A stretch of DNA of 19,008 nt from positions 1 to 19,008 of the forward strand of contig JBCCQQ010000092.1 in the NCBI GenBank assembly GCA_039024555.1. The letters are read 5' to 3'. A program made the position numbers and the translations under genes. Shown here in pieces: positions 15,940 to 19,008 of this stretch. Numbering within the stretch: position 1 is the stretch's first letter; each line of letters opens with the position of its first letter. Under the pieces are notes generated by a model, which was not told where the DNA came from, did not search any database, and worked only from the letters and a program-made list of their open reading frames with translations. The DNA comes from Cyanobacteria bacterium P01_D01_bin.156. GTDB lineage: Bacteria; Cyanobacteriota; Cyanobacteriia; Phormidesmidales; Phormidesmidaceae.

Positions 15940-17841
15940 ATGGCTGCATTTCCAATCGACTTGGGTGCCTACAAGCGCATTAGTCTTGATCCGTCCACAT
16001 CAACGCTGACCGATGAGCAGCGTGACGCCATCAAAGCAAATATTCAACTTTGCCGCGACGCCATTGTCTTCTTTACTGCCACTGGTGCCGCCCGAGGAGT
16101 CGGCGGTCACACTGGCGGTCCCTACGATACTGTTCCTGAGGTCATGCTGCTGGATGCCATCTTCCGGGGTGCGCCTGACAGCTATGTGCCCACCTTCTTT
16201 GACGAAGCCGGACACCGTGTAGGTACCCAGTACCTGATGTCCACCCTCAACGGTGACCTGCCTGCTGAGCAGCTGATGAACTACCGTGCAGCAGGGTCTC
16301 ACCTTCCCGGTCACCCTGAGCTTGGCCTTACTCCTGGTGTAAAATTCAGCTCCGGTCGTCTGGGTCACATGTGGCCCTACGTTAACGGTGTAGCCTTGGC
16401 AAACCCTGGCAAAGCTGTTTTCTGTCTAGGTTCCGATGGTTCCCAGCAAGAAGGTAACGACGCAGAAGCCGCTCGTCTGGCTGTGGCCCAGCACATCAAC
16501 GTTAAGCTGCTGATCGACGATAATGATGTCACCATTGCCGGTAATCCTTCCAAGTATCTTCCTGGCTACAGCGTTAAGAAAACTCTCGAAGGCCATGGTC
16601 TAAAGGTTCTAGAGTGCAACGGTGAAGACATCGATGCCCTATACGCCAACATCTGTGAAGCCATCAACACTCCTGGCCCTATCGCCGTTATCCTCAAGCG
16701 CCCCATGTGCCCCGGCATTGAGGGGCTAGAGGGGTCTAACCACGGTCACGATGTAATTTCTGTTCCTGCGGCTATCAAGTATCTAGAAGCCCGCGGTCAC
16801 CAGGCAGCGGCTGACATTCTCAAGAATACAGCAGCGCCCAAGAACCCCAACAAATACACTGGCTCCACCGACAAAATGGATGCCAACCGTAAGGTCTTTG
16901 GGGCTGCCGTTGTAGAAATGCTAGCGGCCATGGGCGAAGAAGAGCGCAAGAACAGCGTTCTGGTTGTGGACAGTGACCTAGAAGGTTCCTGCGGTCTTAA
17001 CACTATTCGTGAAGCTCACCCTGAAATCTTTATCAGCGGTGGTATTCAAGAGCGTGGTAACCTCTCTGCTGCCGCTGGCTTTGGTATGGAGAAAGGCAAG
17101 CAGGGTATCTTTGCCACCTTTAGTGCCTTCTTGGAAATGTGTATTTCCGAGATTACCATGGCCCGTCTAAACTACTCCAACCTGTTGTGTCATTTCTCCC
17201 ATGCGGGTATTGATGACATGGCTGACAACACTTGTCACTTCGGCATGAACAACTTGTTTGCCGACAATGGCTTAGACGACAGCCATCCTACTAACATCTA
17301 CTTCCCTGCAGATGCGAACCAAATGCGTGCCTGTGTGAAGTCTGTCTTTAACGCTCCGGGTCTACGCTTTATCTTCTCCACCCGTTCTAAGGTGCCCATG
17401 ATTTTGGACACTGACGGCAACGAGATGTTTGCTGGCGATTATGCCTTTACCTCTGGTAAGGATGACGTCGTTCGGGAAGGTACTGCGGGCTATGTGGTTT
17501 CCTTTGGTGCTGGTCTTTATCGCGCGTTGGATGCGGTTGAGAAGCTAAAGGCAGAAGGCATCGATGTGGGTCTGATTAACAAGGGTACTCTGAACGTTGT
17601 TGATGAAGAGTCCATTGCTAAGTTTGGTGGGTCTCCCATGGTATTGGTAGTTGAAGCGTTCAACCGTCGTACGGGTTTGGGTAGCCGCATGGGCTCCTGG
17701 TTGCTAGAGCGTGGTTTGACGCCTAAGTATGGTTACCTCGGCACTCACATCGAAGGTGGCGGCGGTCTTTGGGAACAGTTCCCTCACCAGGGGATTGATT
17801 CTGATGGCATTGTTGCTAAAGTAAAAGAGATGTTGGGCTAG
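15940..17841 (+). CDS. Transketolase-like ThDP-dependent enzyme (atypical single-chain family)
   Basis: GHTGG, DEAGH, LPGHPE..TPGVKFSSGRLGH, variant ThDP motif GSDGSQQEG...IDDND, DSDLEGSCG, GIQERG, FATFSAF and SHAGID...TCH. The ATG at 15940 follows GGGAG, so I prefer it over 15898. Confidence 0.85.
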   Translation: MAAFPIDLGAYKRISLDPSTSTLTDEQRDAIKANIQLCRDAIVFFTATGAARGVGGHTGGPYDTVPEVMLLDAIFRGAPDSYVPTFFDEAGHRVGTQYLMSTLNGDLPAEQLMNYRAAGSHLPGHPELGLTPGVKFSSGRLGHMWPYVNGVALANPGKAVFCLGSDGSQQEGNDAEAARLAVAQHINVKLLIDDNDVTIAGNPSKYLPGYSVKKTLEGHGLKVLECNGEDIDALYANICEAINTPGPIAVILKRPMCPGIEGLEGSNHGHDVISVPAAIKYLEARGHQAAADILKNTAAPKNPNKYTGSTDKMDANRKVFGAAVVEMLAAMGEEERKNSVLVVDSDLEGSCGLNTIREAHPEIFISGGIQERGNLSAAAGFGMEKGKQGIFATFSAFLEMCISEITMARLNYSNLLCHFSHAGIDDMADNTCHFGMNNLFADNGLDDSHPTNIYFPADANQMRACVKSVFNAPGLRFIFSTRSKVPMILDTDGNEMFAGDYAFTSGKDDVVREGTAGYVVSFGAGLYRALDAVEKLKAEGIDVGLINKGTLNVVDEESIAKFGGSPMVLVVEAFNRRTGLGSRMGSWLLERGLTPKYGYLGTHIEGGGGLWEQFPHQGIDSDGIVAKVKEMLG

Positions 17842-17871
17842 ACGCGTTCTTTTGAATAATCTCTTTTAATT

Positions 17872-17912
17872 AAAGAGGCAGAGTCTTGCGGGGTTCTGTC
17901 TCTTTTTGTTTT
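17872..17912 (+). terminator. Intrinsic terminator between the convergent transketolase-like gene and intI
   Basis: AAAGAGGCAGAGTC-TTGCG-GGTTCTGTCTCTTT stem with G-U pairs, followed by a T-rich run. Confidence 0.75.
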
Positions 17913-17914
17913 GA

Positions 17915-18814
17915 TTACGCATCTAATGGACTTTTTACACCACGACCGCCACGATTAAGCACATGAGTGTAAATCATTGTCGTTTTTACATCTTTATGGC
18001 CCAACAGTTCTTGGATAGTGCGAATATCATAGCCATTTTGTAACAAGTGGGTGGCAAAGCTATGGCGAAACGTATGACAACCGACCTTCTGATGGATACC
18101 CGCTTGACGCACTGCCTGTTTAACAGCTTTTTGCAAACCTGTTTCATGGAGATGATAACGCTGCCACTGACCGGTTCGAGGATTTTTAGAACATCTTTCT
18201 GACGGAAACACATATTGCCATGACCATTCTCGACAGGCATTAGGATACTTTTTAACTAGGGCAAATGGTAAATCAACAGCCCCTTGACCTCTCTCTAGAT
18301 CTTGATTATGTAAACGTCTGACACCTTGCAAATGTTCTTGTAGAGGTATAACTAAAACGTCAGGCAGCATGGTGACTCGACTTTTCATTCCTTTAGTGTC
18401 GCGAACAACTATTTGATTTTGAGCGAATTGGATATCTTTGACCCTGAGTCGCAGACATTCGATCTGCCTGAAGCCGCAGCCGTATAAGAGCTGTATTACC
18501 AGACGATAAACACCTGAAAGTTGCTGAATAACGGCTCGCACTTCCTCCTTTGATAAAACCGTAGGAATATGCTGGGGACGCTTAGCCCTAACTGCATCTA
18601 TATTTAGGTCTAAGTCCAGTTGCAAAACCGTACGGTACAGAAACAGTAGGGCACACAGTGCTTGATTCTGTGTAGAGGCGGCAACCTTTTTGGTAACAGC
18701 TAAATGGGTTAAAAATGCCTCAATTTCTGGACCTCCCATATTTCTAGGATGCTGCCAGTTATGAAATCGAATGTATCGCTTAATCCAATTGATGTAACTT
18801 TTTTCGGTCCTATA
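17915..18814 (-). pseudogene. intI: Integron integrase IntI (tyrosine recombinase), 5' end interrupted by an IS630 insertion
   Basis: [45 protein letters not shown]. Catalytic residues R (YGCGFR), K (TKG), HxxR (HTFRH), H (LLGH) and Y (TMIYTH). IntI-specific insertion [24 protein letters not shown]. The usual ~20-aa N-terminus (LLDQVR..IR.KHYS) is replaced by unrelated IS sequence. Confidence 0.85.
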
Positions 18815-19008
18815 GCCATCCGTCTTGATTCTTGAGGGTAGATCGGTATGATCTGAGAATCTATATCTATCAGCGCATCGCCTGTCGCTTATCGTTATGA
18901 GTTCGGAGACTTCATCAGCCCCTAAAACTGCCGCTATCGAAGAGTTGAAAGCATTTATCAAGACGCAACGAGATGGCCGTCAGGTGAAGAAAGCCCTGGC
19001 GGTAAAAC
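18813..19008 (+). mobile_element. Left end of an IS630-family insertion sequence inserted in intI
   Basis: IntI similarity stops at TATA (18811-18814), consistent with IS630 TA targeting. This is followed by TAGCCATCCGTCTTGATTCTTGA (putative TIR) and a transposase-like ORF. The boundary is accurate to about 2 bp. Confidence 0.75.
18897..19008 (+). CDS. IS630-family transposase N-terminus (runs off the right edge)
   Basis: [37 protein letters not shown], resembling the EL..FI....D.REVK(R/K)ALAVK start of cyanobacterial IS630 transposases. Only 37 codons are visible. Confidence 0.7.
   Translation, partial: MSSETSSAPKTAAIEELKAFIKTQRDGRQVKKALAVK

Noticed and set aside
6479..17841. Genes left of intI as integron cassettes
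   Set aside because: They lie 3' of intI in mixed orientation with their own promoters and terminators. I found no RYYYAAC...GTTRRRY attC structure in the intergenic hairpins.
1493..18240. Short alternative-frame and antisense ORFs (e.g. 5757-6188 minus, 16000-16368 minus, 11465-11713 plus, 17986-18240 minus)
   Set aside because: They overlap well-supported genes or the MITE and hairpin, and show no recognisable motifs. The Pro/Ser-rich one is the antisense shadow of the RTX repeats.
1..19008. A composite transposon formed by the two IS630 elements
   Set aside because: The ends differ (CTAG versus TATA junction, no shared TIR sequence), the transposases appear to be from different subgroups, and the intervening genes are mostly housekeeping.

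Overview
Cyanobacterial chromosomal DNA. The seven HIP1 octamers (GCGATCGC) and the gene content suggest a filamentous Leptolyngbya-like organism (inference). From left to right: the 3' end of an IS630 transposase; about 1 kb of AT-rich non-coding DNA; a 1769-aa RTX-type secreted protein; a signal-peptide-bearing S9 peptidase; a two-gene unit of a degenerate P-loop/wHTH protein and an MscS channel; a 91-bp MITE; a DUF4342 gene; a divergent thioredoxin/RexT-like ArsR pair with a palindromic operator; a class II (MOFRL) glycerate kinase; a CrtL-type lycopene cyclase; an atypical transketolase-like ThDP enzyme; and an integron integrase (intI) whose 5' end is interrupted by a second, different IS630 element running off the window. 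The giant protein combines an NxxG-repeat putative propeller, a Vps62/NPP1-like HEGDWE domain, five cadherin/VCBS-like repeats, an Ig-like domain and RTX repeats. The most interesting items are the IS-interrupted chromosomal integron integrase, the giant protein with its Vps62/NLP-like cargo domain, the MscS plus pseudo-ATPase unit, and a small family of GGCGTTGCTGAT-ended MITE sequences. All family calls come from motif recognition by eye; no searches were run.
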